Shown here in pieces: positions 1 through 8,441 of a stretch of DNA of 64,000 nt. The stretch is from the NCBI GenBank assembly GCA_007859745.1, contig SMLU01000002.1:52942-116941 (forward strand), given 5' to 3'. The notes under the pieces were generated by a model that saw only the letters and a list, made by a program, of their open reading frames with translations, was not told the origin of the DNA and did no database searches. Origin of the DNA: Phycisphaerae bacterium RAS1 (GTDB taxonomy: Bacteria > Planctomycetota > Phycisphaerae > UBA1845 > Fen-1342). The position numbers and the translations under genes are program-made. The first letter of the stretch is position 1; the number at the start of each line of letters is the position of its first letter.

Positions 1-1130
1 CGAACCGCAACGGCCGCGTCGTGGCGGGCGGCGGCGTCCTTGGCCACCTCCTCGGCCTGCTGGAAGCGCGCCTCCAGCTCGCCGCGCCGCTGCTCCAGCT
101 CCGCGAAGCCGGCCTCCAGCCGCTGGGTCTCCTCATGCAGCCCGGCGGCCTTCTGTTCGAGCTGCGCCTGGCGCTGCTCGTGACGAACGGCGCGCGTCTC
201 CAGTTCCGCCTGCTTCTGCTCGACCAACCGCTGCTGGCCCGCCAGGTCTTCGGCCCGGCGGCCGACGCTTTGCCGCTCGCGGCGCAGCGCATCGGCGGCG
301 GCCGACTGCTGCTGCGCCTCGCTCGCCAGCCGCTGGCGCGCGTCCTCCACCTCGCGGACCGTCTGCTGAATCTCGAACCGCCGCGCCTCCAGCTCCGTCC
401 GCCGTGCTTCCAGCTCCAGCGCCTTTCGCTCGACCTCGCCGGCCCGCGACTGCGTCGCGCTCAGCCGCTGCTCCAGCTCGGCGCGGCGCGACTCGAGTTC
501 GCGGCGCAGCTCGTCGAGCTCGCCCTGCTCGGTCCGCAGCGCGGTCCGCTGCTCCTCCAGCGCCGCGCGCTCGCGGACCACCTGGTCCCGCGCCAGTCGC
601 ATGCGGCGCTCCAGCTCCGTCTCGCGCTGCCGCACCAGGCCTATGCGGTGCAGCAGGTTGCGCCGGTCCTGCTCGCGCTGCTGCGCAATGGCGTCACTGC
701 GCACGCGGATCGCGTCGAGGGCCGCGTCAAGCCGCTTCTGGGCGTCAGCCAGTTCCCGCTCACGCGCCGCGACGCGCTGCTCGTGCTGCGCCAGTCGTGT
801 GGCGCGCACCGACAGGTCGATCGTCTGGGCGTCCAGCTCGGCGCTGCGCACCTCCAGCCGCTCCTGCAGGCCGCGCGTCTGCTGCTCCGCGGCGTCGCGG
901 GCTGACTGCCGCGCCGCGAGCAGCTCGCGTTCCAGCTCCTGCTCACGCCGCCGCAGCGCCAGCTCGCGCTGCGCCACTTCCGCCAGGCGCTCGCGGATTT
1001 CGTTGACGATCGGGCGAATGCGGTCGGCCGGCGCTCCGCTCGCGGGCGCCGGCGGCAGGCCGGGAGGCCGGGCGGAATTCGCGGAGGCGGGCGGAGGGTT
1101 GAGCGGCGTGTCGTCGGCGGGAGCCGTCAT
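1..1130 (-). CDS. Coiled-coil protein, N-terminal part; gene runs off the window start. Its ATG is the reverse complement of 1128-1130 (MTAPADDTPLNPP...) and it is divergent from metG.
   Basis: Reverse-complement translation of 1-1130 is stop-free. The N-terminus is Pro/Ala-rich, followed by heptad-like REQELEREL and ELEARR repeats. The ORF track missed it because there is no stop within the window; plus-strand ORFs 21-905 and 404-1006 are its antisense. Confidence 0.6.
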   Translation of the reverse strand, partial: MTAPADDTPLNPPPASANSARPPGLPPAPASGAPADRIRPIVNEIRERLAEVAQRELALRRREQELERELLAARQSARDAAEQQTRGLQERLEVRSAELDAQTIDLSVRATRLAQHEQRVAARERELADAQKRLDAALDAIRVRSDAIAQQREQDRRNLLHRIGLVRQRETELERRMRLARDQVVRERAALEEQRTALRTEQGELDELRRELESRRAELEQRLSATQSRAGEVERKALELEARRTELEARRFEIQQTVREVEDARQRLASEAQQQSAAADALRRERQSVGRRAEDLAGQQRLVEQKQAELETRAVRHEQRQAQLEQKAAGLHEETQRLEAGFAELEQRRGELEARFQQAEEVAKDAAARHDAAVAV

Positions 1131-1263
1131 ACGTGTCGGAATTGTAACCCCCGCGTCCAGTGGCGGCGGTTCCGCGGCTGCTCCGACGCCGCCGCGGCGA
1201 ACCGTTGCCCGGCTCGCGCGCCGACCGTACGATCCTCTCGCCGCTTTGGGAGACGTTGCGTCG

Positions 1264-2958
1264 ATGGCCCAGCGCTACCTCGTGACCGCCGGCTTGCCTT
1301 ACTCCAATAACCGCCTGCACGTCGGACACATCGCCGGCGCGTACCTGCCGGCCGACATCTTCGTGCGCTACCTGCGCGCCTGCGGACACGACGTCCTCTA
1401 CATCTGCGGAAGCGACGACAACGGCGTCGCGATCGAAATCTCCGCCATGAAAGAGGGCCGCTCGCCGCAGGAAATCTGCACGCATTACCACGAGCGGCAG
1501 AAGCAGGATTTCCTCGGCTTGCGGATCGATTTCGACATCTACGGCGGCACGCACCAGCCAGCGTATCGGAAGCTGCATGAGCAGTTCAGCCAGGATTTCT
1601 TCAAACGAATTCACGAGCGCGGCTTCTTCACCAAGAGACGGCTCAAGCAGCTCTACGATCCCAAGGCCCAGCGCTTTCTGCCGGATCGATACGTGCGCGG
1701 CACTTGCTACCACCCTGACTGCAAGAAACCCGGCGCGACCGGCGACCAGTGCGACCAGTGCGGCCGCATGATCGACCCGCTGCTGCTGATCGAGCCGCGC
1801 AGCGAAATCACCGGCGAGAAGGCCGAGGTGCGCGAGACGACGCACTGGTATCTGCGGCTGAACGACTTCGAAAAACCGCTGGCGGCGTGGCTGGAAAGCA
1901 AGCAGGGCGTCTGGCGCTCGAACGTGCTGAACTTCGCGCTGGGGCAGATCAAGCAGGGACTGCCCGAGCGCGCCATGACGCGCGATATTCAGTGGGGCAT
2001 CCCGGTGCCGCTCGACGATCCCGACGCCGCCGGGAAGGTCGTCTTCGTGTGGTTCGACGCGCCAATCGGCTACATCACGTTTACCGCCGCGCTGTGCGAG
2101 CAGCGTTTCGGCGACCGCGAGGCGTACCGGCAGTGGTGGTGCGATCCGAACACGCCCATTCTGCATTTCATCGGCGAAGACAACACCGTCTTCCACGCCC
2201 TGATCTGGCCGGCGATGCTGATGGCCGAGGCGCAGCAGCATCAGCTTCCGTCCTACGTCGTCGCCAACAACTTTCTGAACCTGCGCAAAGGCGGCGAATT
2301 GGAGAAGATCAGCAAGAGCACCACGCCGCCCGACGCGCCCGTCTGGATCGAAGAGTATCTCAAGAAGTACGACGCCGACGCACTGCGCTACTACCTGACG
2401 GCGCTCGCGCCAGAGACGGCCCGGACGGCGTTCGACTTCGAGGAGTTTGTGAATCGAAACGACGGCGAGCTGGTCGCGGCGCTGGGCAATTTCGTGAATC
2501 GCTGCCTCACCTTCGCCCAGAAGTACTTCGAAAACCGCGTTCCGGACACCTCACCGGCAATCGACGCCGACCGGGCGGTTCTCGCCCGTGGAGACGAGGC
2601 GCTGCGCGCCGTGGGCGAGCACATCGAGGGGCATCGCTTTCGCGCAGCCATCGAGGAGGTCATGGCCTTCTCACGCGCCTGCAATCAGTACTTCGGCCTC
2701 CGCGAGCCGTGGAAAACGCGAAAAGACAACGTGCCCGACTGCGGCGCGGCGATCGCCACGTGCATCCACGCCGTGCAGTATCTCGCGACGCTCTGCGCCC
2801 CGTTCATGCCGTCGGCGGCCGAGCGCATGGCCGCGATGCTGAGCCTGCCGGACGGCTGGAAGGCGTGGCAACCGCCGGCACGCCTCCCCAGCGGCGCGCC
2901 GCTGGGCGAGCCGAAGATTTTGTTTACGAAGCTTTCGCAAGCGGAGGCAGCCAAGTGA
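1264..2958 (+). CDS. metG: Methionyl-tRNA synthetase (short form, no C-terminal EMAP/tRNA-binding domain)
   Basis: Class I aaRS motifs: HVGH as PYSNNRLHVGHIAG and KISKS as KGGELEKISKST. CxxC...CxxC zinc knuckle. ATG at 1264 is in frame with ORF 601-2958. Confidence 0.93.
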   Translation: MAQRYLVTAGLPYSNNRLHVGHIAGAYLPADIFVRYLRACGHDVLYICGSDDNGVAIEISAMKEGRSPQEICTHYHERQKQDFLGLRIDFDIYGGTHQPAYRKLHEQFSQDFFKRIHERGFFTKRRLKQLYDPKAQRFLPDRYVRGTCYHPDCKKPGATGDQCDQCGRMIDPLLLIEPRSEITGEKAEVRETTHWYLRLNDFEKPLAAWLESKQGVWRSNVLNFALGQIKQGLPERAMTRDIQWGIPVPLDDPDAAGKVVFVWFDAPIGYITFTAALCEQRFGDREAYRQWWCDPNTPILHFIGEDNTVFHALIWPAMLMAEAQQHQLPSYVVANNFLNLRKGGELEKISKSTTPPDAPVWIEEYLKKYDADALRYYLTALAPETARTAFDFEEFVNRNDGELVAALGNFVNRCLTFAQKYFENRVPDTSPAIDADRAVLARGDEALRAVGEHIEGHRFRAAIEEVMAFSRACNQYFGLREPWKTRKDNVPDCGAAIATCIHAVQYLATLCAPFMPSAAERMAAMLSLPDGWKAWQPPARLPSGAPLGEPKILFTKLSQAEAAK

Positions 2959-3539
2959 AACGCGCGACCGGCCTTTTATCGCTCATGCTGACGGCCACGG
3001 CACTTCTGACCGGCGGCTGCGGCGACAACCAGGCCGCGGAAGCCGCCAAGACGGCCGCCGCCGCCGCGAAACTGGATCTGAAAATCGCCCAGGCCACGCC
3101 TGAAGAGGCGGTGCGAACGCTCTTCGAGCTGGTTCGAGTCGACCTGGCCGCCGCCGCCAGGCAGGACCGGCCGGCCCAGAAAGTGATCTCCGGCACGCTG
3201 GAGCGCCTGGCGTCCCGCGAGGACATTCACCGTCGCGTGCGGAACATCGCGCGGCTCAGCGGCAAGCCGGCGGACGAGTTCTTTGACAAGGTCATCGGGC
3301 GCTGGAGCGCGGTGCTCGCGCCGTACTACGAAAAGGCCGACCTGGCCGCCATGCGCGTGCTTTCCACGCGAGACGACGGCGGGTATGTCCGCATTCGAAT
3401 CGCCTCGGCTGACCCGCAGGGCCGACCGGCCGGGCTGATGGTGGAGTGCAGCAACGACAGGGGGGCCTGGAAAATCGCCGGCGTCTATTTTGACTCGCCC
3501 GGCGCAGCGTCACAGCCGGCGAGTTCGTCGGCGCCGTGA
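2955..3539 (+). CDS. Lipoprotein, hypothetical
   Basis: GTG at 2955 overlaps the metG stop by 4 nt. Signal peptide plus lipobox LLTGGC. C-terminal part of ORF 1749-3539. Confidence 0.6.
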   Translation: MKRATGLLSLMLTATALLTGGCGDNQAAEAAKTAAAAAKLDLKIAQATPEEAVRTLFELVRVDLAAAARQDRPAQKVISGTLERLASREDIHRRVRNIARLSGKPADEFFDKVIGRWSAVLAPYYEKADLAAMRVLSTRDDGGYVRIRIASADPQGRPAGLMVECSNDRGAWKIAGVYFDSPGAASQPASSSAP

Positions 3540-3567
3540 AACCGCGCGGCGGCATGGCGGACGTCTC

Positions 3568-4971
3568 ATGCAGCTTCCGGTTCTCACCGACACCATCGTC
3601 GCGGTTTCGAGCGAATGGACCGCATCCCCGCTGGCGATCATCCGGCTAAGCGGGCCGCGGGCGCTTGAGCTGGTCGAATCCGTCGCCCCTCTTGGCCGAT
3701 CCGAAGGCCGCCGTCTTTCCGAATCCGCCGCGCCAAGCGGCGGGTCGACGTCCACTCGCGCACATCCTGCAGCGTGGCGACGCGCGTCGCTCCGCGTCGA
3801 GAATCAGCCGGCGGCAAAGCGCGATTCTCACGTTCCTTGCGATGTATTCACCTTCGTCGCCCCGCGCAGCTACACCGGGCAGGATCTGGTCGAACTGCAC
3901 ACGATTGGCTGCTTGCCGCTGGTTCGCACAATCGCGGACCAACTCGCGGAGCGGGGGGCGCGACGGGCACTTCCGGGAGAATTCACAGCCCGCGCGGTCC
4001 TGGCCGGGAAAATCCGCCCCGAGCAGGTGGAGACGATTCTCGGGCTGATTCAGGCGGATGACGCGGCTGCGGCGCGGGCGGCGCGGCGCGGGGCGGGCTC
4101 GACGGCTGCGGCGGTGCGGCAGCGCGTCGCCGAGCGCCTCAGCGACGTCCTGGCGCGAGTCGAGGCCGGGATCGACTTTGTGGACGAAGAGGACGTGCGT
4201 TTCATCACGGACGAGGAACTTGCGGCGGAGATCGCTGCGGCGCTGACGGAACTGGATGGGCTGGACCCGCAGGATGTCGCTGATCAAGCCGCGCTGCGTC
4301 CGCACGTGGCGCTGGCGGGTCTGCCGAACGCCGGCAAGAGCACGCTCTACAACGCCCTGGTCGGCGCGGAGCGCGCCATCGTCTCGCCCGTGATCGGCAC
4401 GACGCGCGACGTGATCAGCGCCGAGCTGGTCATCAACGGAGTCCGCCTGATCCTGCAGGACACCGCCGGATTGCACGGCAGCCCGGGCGAGCTTGAGCTC
4501 GCGGCGCACATTGCGGCCGAACGTGCCGCCGACTCGGCGGAGCTGGTGCTGTGGGCGCACGAGGCGCAGGCGGCTTGGTCCTCCGGCGAGCTCGAAGCAC
4601 TTCGGCGGGTCTCGAGCTCGAAGATCGTCGTATTGACGAAGGCGGACCGCGCGGCCCCGTCGTGCGACGCTTCGGACGGTTACGCTCGACGGTTCCTGAT
4701 CGTCAGCGCCGTCAGCGGAAGTGGCATGTCGGAGTTGCGAGACGCGATCGCTTCCGAATTGGCGGTCGAATCGCGGGAGCGCTCGGGTCCGACTTCTGTG
4801 ATCGACGCGGAGGCACGCGCCGCGCTGCGGCGCGCGGCGTCTGCGACGGGCTTGGAAGTCGTTGCAATGGAGCTCCGTGAATCAGTCGAACGACTTCGCG
4901 GTATAAGCGGCGTTGGGTTGGTTGACGATATTCTCGGACGGATTTTTGGGCGGTTTTGCATCGGCAAGTAG
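3568..4971 (+). CDS. mnmE: tRNA modification GTPase MnmE (TrmE), carrying a ~26-aa in-frame insertion derived from a family-A repeat
   Basis: N-terminal domain DTIVAVSS...RLSGP, G-domain GLPNAGKSTL, DTAG, TKAD, and the C-terminal CIGK tetrapeptide. Start MQLPVL at 3568. Confidence 0.9.
   Translation: MQLPVLTDTIVAVSSEWTASPLAIIRLSGPRALELVESVAPLGRSEGRRLSESAAPSGGSTSTRAHPAAWRRASLRVENQPAAKRDSHVPCDVFTFVAPRSYTGQDLVELHTIGCLPLVRTIADQLAERGARRALPGEFTARAVLAGKIRPEQVETILGLIQADDAAAARAARRGAGSTAAAVRQRVAERLSDVLARVEAGIDFVDEEDVRFITDEELAAEIAAALTELDGLDPQDVADQAALRPHVALAGLPNAGKSTLYNALVGAERAIVSPVIGTTRDVISAELVINGVRLILQDTAGLHGSPGELELAAHIAAERAADSAELVLWAHEAQAAWSSGELEALRRVSSSKIVVLTKADRAAPSCDASDGYARRFLIVSAVSGSGMSELRDAIASELAVESRERSGPTSVIDAEARAALRRAASATGLEVVAMELRESVERLRGISGVGLVDDILGRIFGRFCIGK
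3713..3790. repeat. Family-A palindromic repeat lying in frame inside mnmE: intact left arm, degenerate right arm
   Basis: TTTCCGAATCCGCCGCGCCAAGCGGCGGGTCGACG matches the family-A arm. It translates SESAAPSGGSTS...PAAWRRA, the same peptide signature that intergenic A copies give (SEPAAPSGG...PAAWRGGFG). Confidence 0.7.
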
Positions 4972-5193
4972 AAAGCGGTTCCGACGGCCGCGGAGAGGGC
5001 GTTGAAAATGTGTTGAAAAGTCGCGCCGCTCAAGCGGGCATGCACAACGTAACTAATTGATAGTAAACATCTTATGTCGCTATCGCCTCTCATTGGGTAG
5101 AAATACTGACGGTGGATTGATGATGGCGCGCGTCGTGCTAGCCGATAAACGATGTAAGCCCCGGAAATTTGAAAACTTCCGGCTATTATCCTG

Positions 5194-5222
5194 TTGACGT
5201 TTGATAAACGGCCGAATAATAA
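5194..5222 (+). promoter_or_regulatory. Sigma70-like promoter: TTGACG, 17 nt spacer, TAATAA
   Basis: Read directly from the AT-rich island. The nearby palindrome CCGGAAATTTGAAAACTTCCGG (5161-5182) could be an operator. Confidence 0.4.
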
Positions 5223-5229
5223 GTAGGAG

Positions 5230-5338
5230 GTCGTAGTTAATACCGGACCTTGAGTAACGGGTCCACGAAGTAAAAAGGCTTCTTTCCCCTCCGGAGAGCA
5301 CCGAGACGCCTATGGCACTCGGTGCCTCTCTTTTTTTT
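5230..5338 (+). ncRNA. Candidate small RNA (~110 nt) bounded by the promoter above and the terminator below
   Basis: AT-rich island in a high-GC genome between convergent mnmE and rnr, with no credible ORF. Contains a GGACC...GGUCC hairpin and ends in the intrinsic terminator. Confidence 0.3.
5296..5338 (+). terminator. Rho-independent terminator: GCACCGAG stem, 13-nt loop, CTCGGTGC, then an 8-U run
   Basis: Stem 5298-5305 pairs with 5319-5326, followed by T8 at 5331-5338. Plus-strand orientation only. Confidence 0.65.
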
Positions 5339-5367
5339 GCCGCGTGTGATTTCAATCGGTCGCGAGG

Positions 5368-7608
5368 TCAGCGCCGACCGCGGTGTCCCGCGGCGCGCTT
5401 CCCGCGCGGGGCATCACCACGACCGCGCTGCTTCCCCTCACGCAGCTCGCTGACCATTCCGAGCATTCGTCCACGGGCGGGGATCAGCGCGATTTCGCCG
5501 CGAACGTCGTCGACCGCGGCCACCAGCACGCGCACTGCCTGGCCCAGGCATACAATCCGGCGCGATTGGCGGCTGCGGATGACCATGCGCTGGTCGTCGA
5601 ACTCCCAACTCTCGCGGCCGAAGTCGCCGATGCGGATCAGTCCTTCGGCGAGGCTCGGGCGGAGCTGCACGAATGCGCCGAACGATGTCACGCCGGTGAT
5701 CAGCCCGTCGAATTCCTCGCCGACGCGGCTCTTCATCAGCTCCAGCACGAGCAGGCTCTTCAGCTCGCGCTCAGCCTGCTGCGCGCGGCGCTCCGTGGCG
5801 CTGATGTGCCGGCCGATTGACTCCAGGTCTTCCTCCTCCTGGTCGCGCCGCCGATGGCGGGCACGCGCCGCTTCCGATGAGCCGCGAAGCACCTGGTCGA
5901 GCAGCCGGTGTACCGTGAGATCCGCGTAGCGGCGGATGGGGGAAGTGAAGTGGGCATAGTCCTCGCTCGCAAGGGCGAAGTGGCCCTCGTCCGTGGGACG
6001 GTAGACGGCCTGGGCCATCGAGCGCAGCAGCACGAAATGCACCGCCGGCTCCTCGGGCTTGCCGCGAACCGCGTCGAGCAGCTCGCGAATCGTCGCCCGA
6101 TCCAGCACGCGCGGGAGCTGGCGGCCCACCAGCGGCTCGATCTGCACCAGCGCCTTCTGCGCCTCGTCCGGCGGCGGCGGATGCACACGCCGCAGGTGAT
6201 TCACGCCATGCTCGCGAAGAAACCGGCTTACGGCCTCGTTCGCCTCGACCATGAACATTTCAATCAGCGTGTGCGAGAAAGCCGTATCCGCCGCCCCGCT
6301 GCTGATCGGCCGGCCGCCGGCGTCCAACTTGATTTCCAGCTCGGGCAGGTTCAGAACGAGCATCCCCTCCGCCAGCCGGCGCGTGCGGATGCGCTTCGCC
6401 AGCGACTCGGCGTCCTTCAGGAGTTTCAGAAGCGCCGGGTCGAGCCCGCCGTTGCGGCCTTCGAGCACCTCCGTCACCTCGTCGTACGTGAATCGTCGTT
6501 TCGATCGGATGACGCTGCCGGCGAAGCGCGTCGCAATCACTTTTGCTTGCCGGTCGTACGTGATGAACGCGCTCCTGGCGAGCCGCGCCTGGTCGGGTTG
6601 CAGGCTGCAAACGCCGTTCGAGAGCACCTCGGGCAGCATCGGCACGACGTACCCCGGAAAGTAGACGCTGTTGCCGCGCTCGCGCGCCTCGGCGTCCAGC
6701 GCTTCGCCGGGCGTGACGAAGAACGCGACATCCGCAATGTGAACTCCCAGCTCCACGTTTCCGCCGGGCAAATGCGAGAGCGAGATCGCGTCGTCGAAGT
6801 CGCGCGCATCAGCCGGGTCGATCGTGATGGTCAGCAGCTCGCGCAAGTCCGTGCGGCCGGCGACGTCTTCGGGGTCGAAGCGCTGCAGAGCCTCGTGCGC
6901 CGCGCGGCGCACCTCGGCCGGAAACACGTCGCGAATGCCCGCCCGCCGTATCACCGACAGGATCTTCGTCTGCGTCTGTGTCGGGTCGCCCAGCCGCTCC
7001 ACGATCACGCCGCGGACCACGGCCGAGTCAAGCGTGTGCTCGAGCGGCTCGACCACGACCATGTCGCCTGGTTTCGCGCTTTTGGCGGTGGGGTCGTCAA
7101 TCTGCACCATCGGCAGCGCGGCCCGGCCCTGGGGCTGCACGACCCAGGCCCGGCCGCGCCGCTCCAGAACGCCCACCCAGGTCAGCGGTGCACGCTCGAC
7201 GATCTTGATCACTTCGGCCGTCGGCGGACGTCCATCCCGCCCGCGCACCAGCCGCACCTGCACCGTGTCGCCTTCGAGCGCCCCGCCGGTGTCGCCGCGG
7301 CGGACGTACAGATCCTCGCGATCGGCGATTTCGACGAAGCCGTAGCCGTGCCGGGTCGCGCGGAACACGCCGGTCAGCCGGCCCGCGGCCTGCGGCAGCG
7401 CCAGGCTGCGGCCGGGGCCGAGCAGGAGGCGGCCGTCTTCGAGCATGTCGCGTACCAACGCGCGGAAATCGGCGTAGTCGGTTCCGGCAAGCTCAAGTTC
7501 CCGTGCGAGGGTTCGCGCTTTCAGTGGCCGGTCCTGGTGTTGTTCGATATAGTGAAGAATGGCCGAAGGCCAGTCTTGCGGGCTGCGGCCTTGAGAAGAC
7601 TTGGGCAT
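5368..7608 (-). CDS. rnr: Ribonuclease R (RNB-family 3'-5' exoribonuclease with C-terminal S1 domain and basic tail)
   Basis: Motifs DPADARDFDDAIS and VYRPTDEGHFALASEDYAHFTSPIRRYADL; S1 domain. Start MPKSSQ at 7608. The ORF extends to 8127 only as antisense of the ACT gene. Confidence 0.9.
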   Translation of the reverse strand: MPKSSQGRSPQDWPSAILHYIEQHQDRPLKARTLARELELAGTDYADFRALVRDMLEDGRLLLGPGRSLALPQAAGRLTGVFRATRHGYGFVEIADREDLYVRRGDTGGALEGDTVQVRLVRGRDGRPPTAEVIKIVERAPLTWVGVLERRGRAWVVQPQGRAALPMVQIDDPTAKSAKPGDMVVVEPLEHTLDSAVVRGVIVERLGDPTQTQTKILSVIRRAGIRDVFPAEVRRAAHEALQRFDPEDVAGRTDLRELLTITIDPADARDFDDAISLSHLPGGNVELGVHIADVAFFVTPGEALDAEARERGNSVYFPGYVVPMLPEVLSNGVCSLQPDQARLARSAFITYDRQAKVIATRFAGSVIRSKRRFTYDEVTEVLEGRNGGLDPALLKLLKDAESLAKRIRTRRLAEGMLVLNLPELEIKLDAGGRPISSGAADTAFSHTLIEMFMVEANEAVSRFLREHGVNHLRRVHPPPPDEAQKALVQIEPLVGRQLPRVLDRATIRELLDAVRGKPEEPAVHFVLLRSMAQAVYRPTDEGHFALASEDYAHFTSPIRRYADLTVHRLLDQVLRGSSEAARARHRRRDQEEEDLESIGRHISATERRAQQAERELKSLLVLELMKSRVGEEFDGLITGVTSFGAFVQLRPSLAEGLIRIGDFGRESWEFDDQRMVIRSRQSRRIVCLGQAVRVLVAAVDDVRGEIALIPARGRMLGMVSELREGKQRGRGDAPRGKRAAGHRGRR

Positions 7609-7816
7609 ATTGGAAAGGTCAGCGGGCGTGACGCATCGCCGAACATCGGCGTCTTTCGCGTCAAGAGGCACGTCCGGCCCGATCATAGGGCCGCGGGCGC
7701 CGCGACACCAACCAGCCGTTTTTTCGCAATCGAGCTTCGCCGCCGCTGCCGCCGGAAAGACCGGCCGAAGGCCGGTCCCCCATCGGCGCGGGCGAAGTTC
7801 CCTTTGGGAGCCGACC

Positions 7817-8293
7817 ATGAACAACACCCCGACCGCGATCAAGAGCGAGACGCAGTTTTCCGTTTTTCTGGCCAACAAGCCGGGCATCCTGGCGCGGGTG
7901 TGCCAGTGCCTGGCTGCGGAGCATGTCAACATCCTCGCCATGAGCATGATGGACGCGACCGAGCACGGCGTGCTGCGGCTGGTGGTTGAGGATCCTGAAA
8001 ACGCACGGCGGGCGATCTCCATGCTCGACCTGCCGGTCAGCGAATCCGCCGTGCTGGCGACGACGCTGCCGAACCGGCCGGGCGCGCTGGCGGACGTGGT
8101 CGAGCGCCTGGCGTCGGCGCACGTCAACGTGAACTACGCGTATTGCACGACCGGGGCGGCGGGCGGAAAAACGCTCGGCATTTTCCGAGTCTCGGACCTG
8201 GCCAAGGCGCACCGCGTCCTGGCGGAGCGCAAGCTGAAGCGGCGCGAGAACATGGCGGCGGTGAGGGGCAACGGGCGTCTGCGGAGGAAATAA
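7817..8293 (+). CDS. Tandem ACT-domain protein (amino-acid-binding regulatory protein)
   Basis: FSVFLANKPGILARVC and LATTLPNRPGALADVV are two ACT repeats. ATG at 7817. Confidence 0.7.
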   Translation: MNNTPTAIKSETQFSVFLANKPGILARVCQCLAAEHVNILAMSMMDATEHGVLRLVVEDPENARRAISMLDLPVSESAVLATTLPNRPGALADVVERLASAHVNVNYAYCTTGAAGGKTLGIFRVSDLAKAHRVLAERKLKRRENMAAVRGNGRLRRK

Positions 8294-8364
8294 CCGACGG
8301 ATCGGGAGGAATGGCGAATGGCGAATAGCGAGTCGCGAATCGCAAAGTGCCCTTTGGAATTTCT

Positions 8365-8430
8365 CGGGTGGAACGGGCATCTTGCCCGTTCGTGAGACGG
8401 CGCGAACGGGCGAGACGCCCGTCCCACCCC
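8365..8430. repeat. Family-B palindromic repeat (GGGTGGGACGGGCGTCTCGCCCGTCC ... GGACGGGCGAGACGCCCGTCCCACC)
   Basis: Inverted arms, each arm itself a hairpin. Intergenic, between the ACT gene and ftsK. Confidence 0.8.
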
Positions 8431-8441
8431 AAGGCGCGTCT

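Noticed and set aside
21-1006. Plus-strand ORFs 21-905 (294 aa) and 404-1006 (200 aa)
   Set aside because: Low-complexity Leu/Ala/Arg-rich translations that are antisense to a stop-free minus-strand coiled-coil gene, a typical high-GC artefact.
943-2241. Minus-strand ORF of 432 aa
   Set aside because: Antisense to the well-supported metG; Arg/Gly/Ala-rich with no motifs.
5908-7989. Plus-strand ORF of 693 aa
   Set aside because: Antisense to the RNase R gene, whose RNB and S1 motifs are unambiguous; high-GC frames lack stops.
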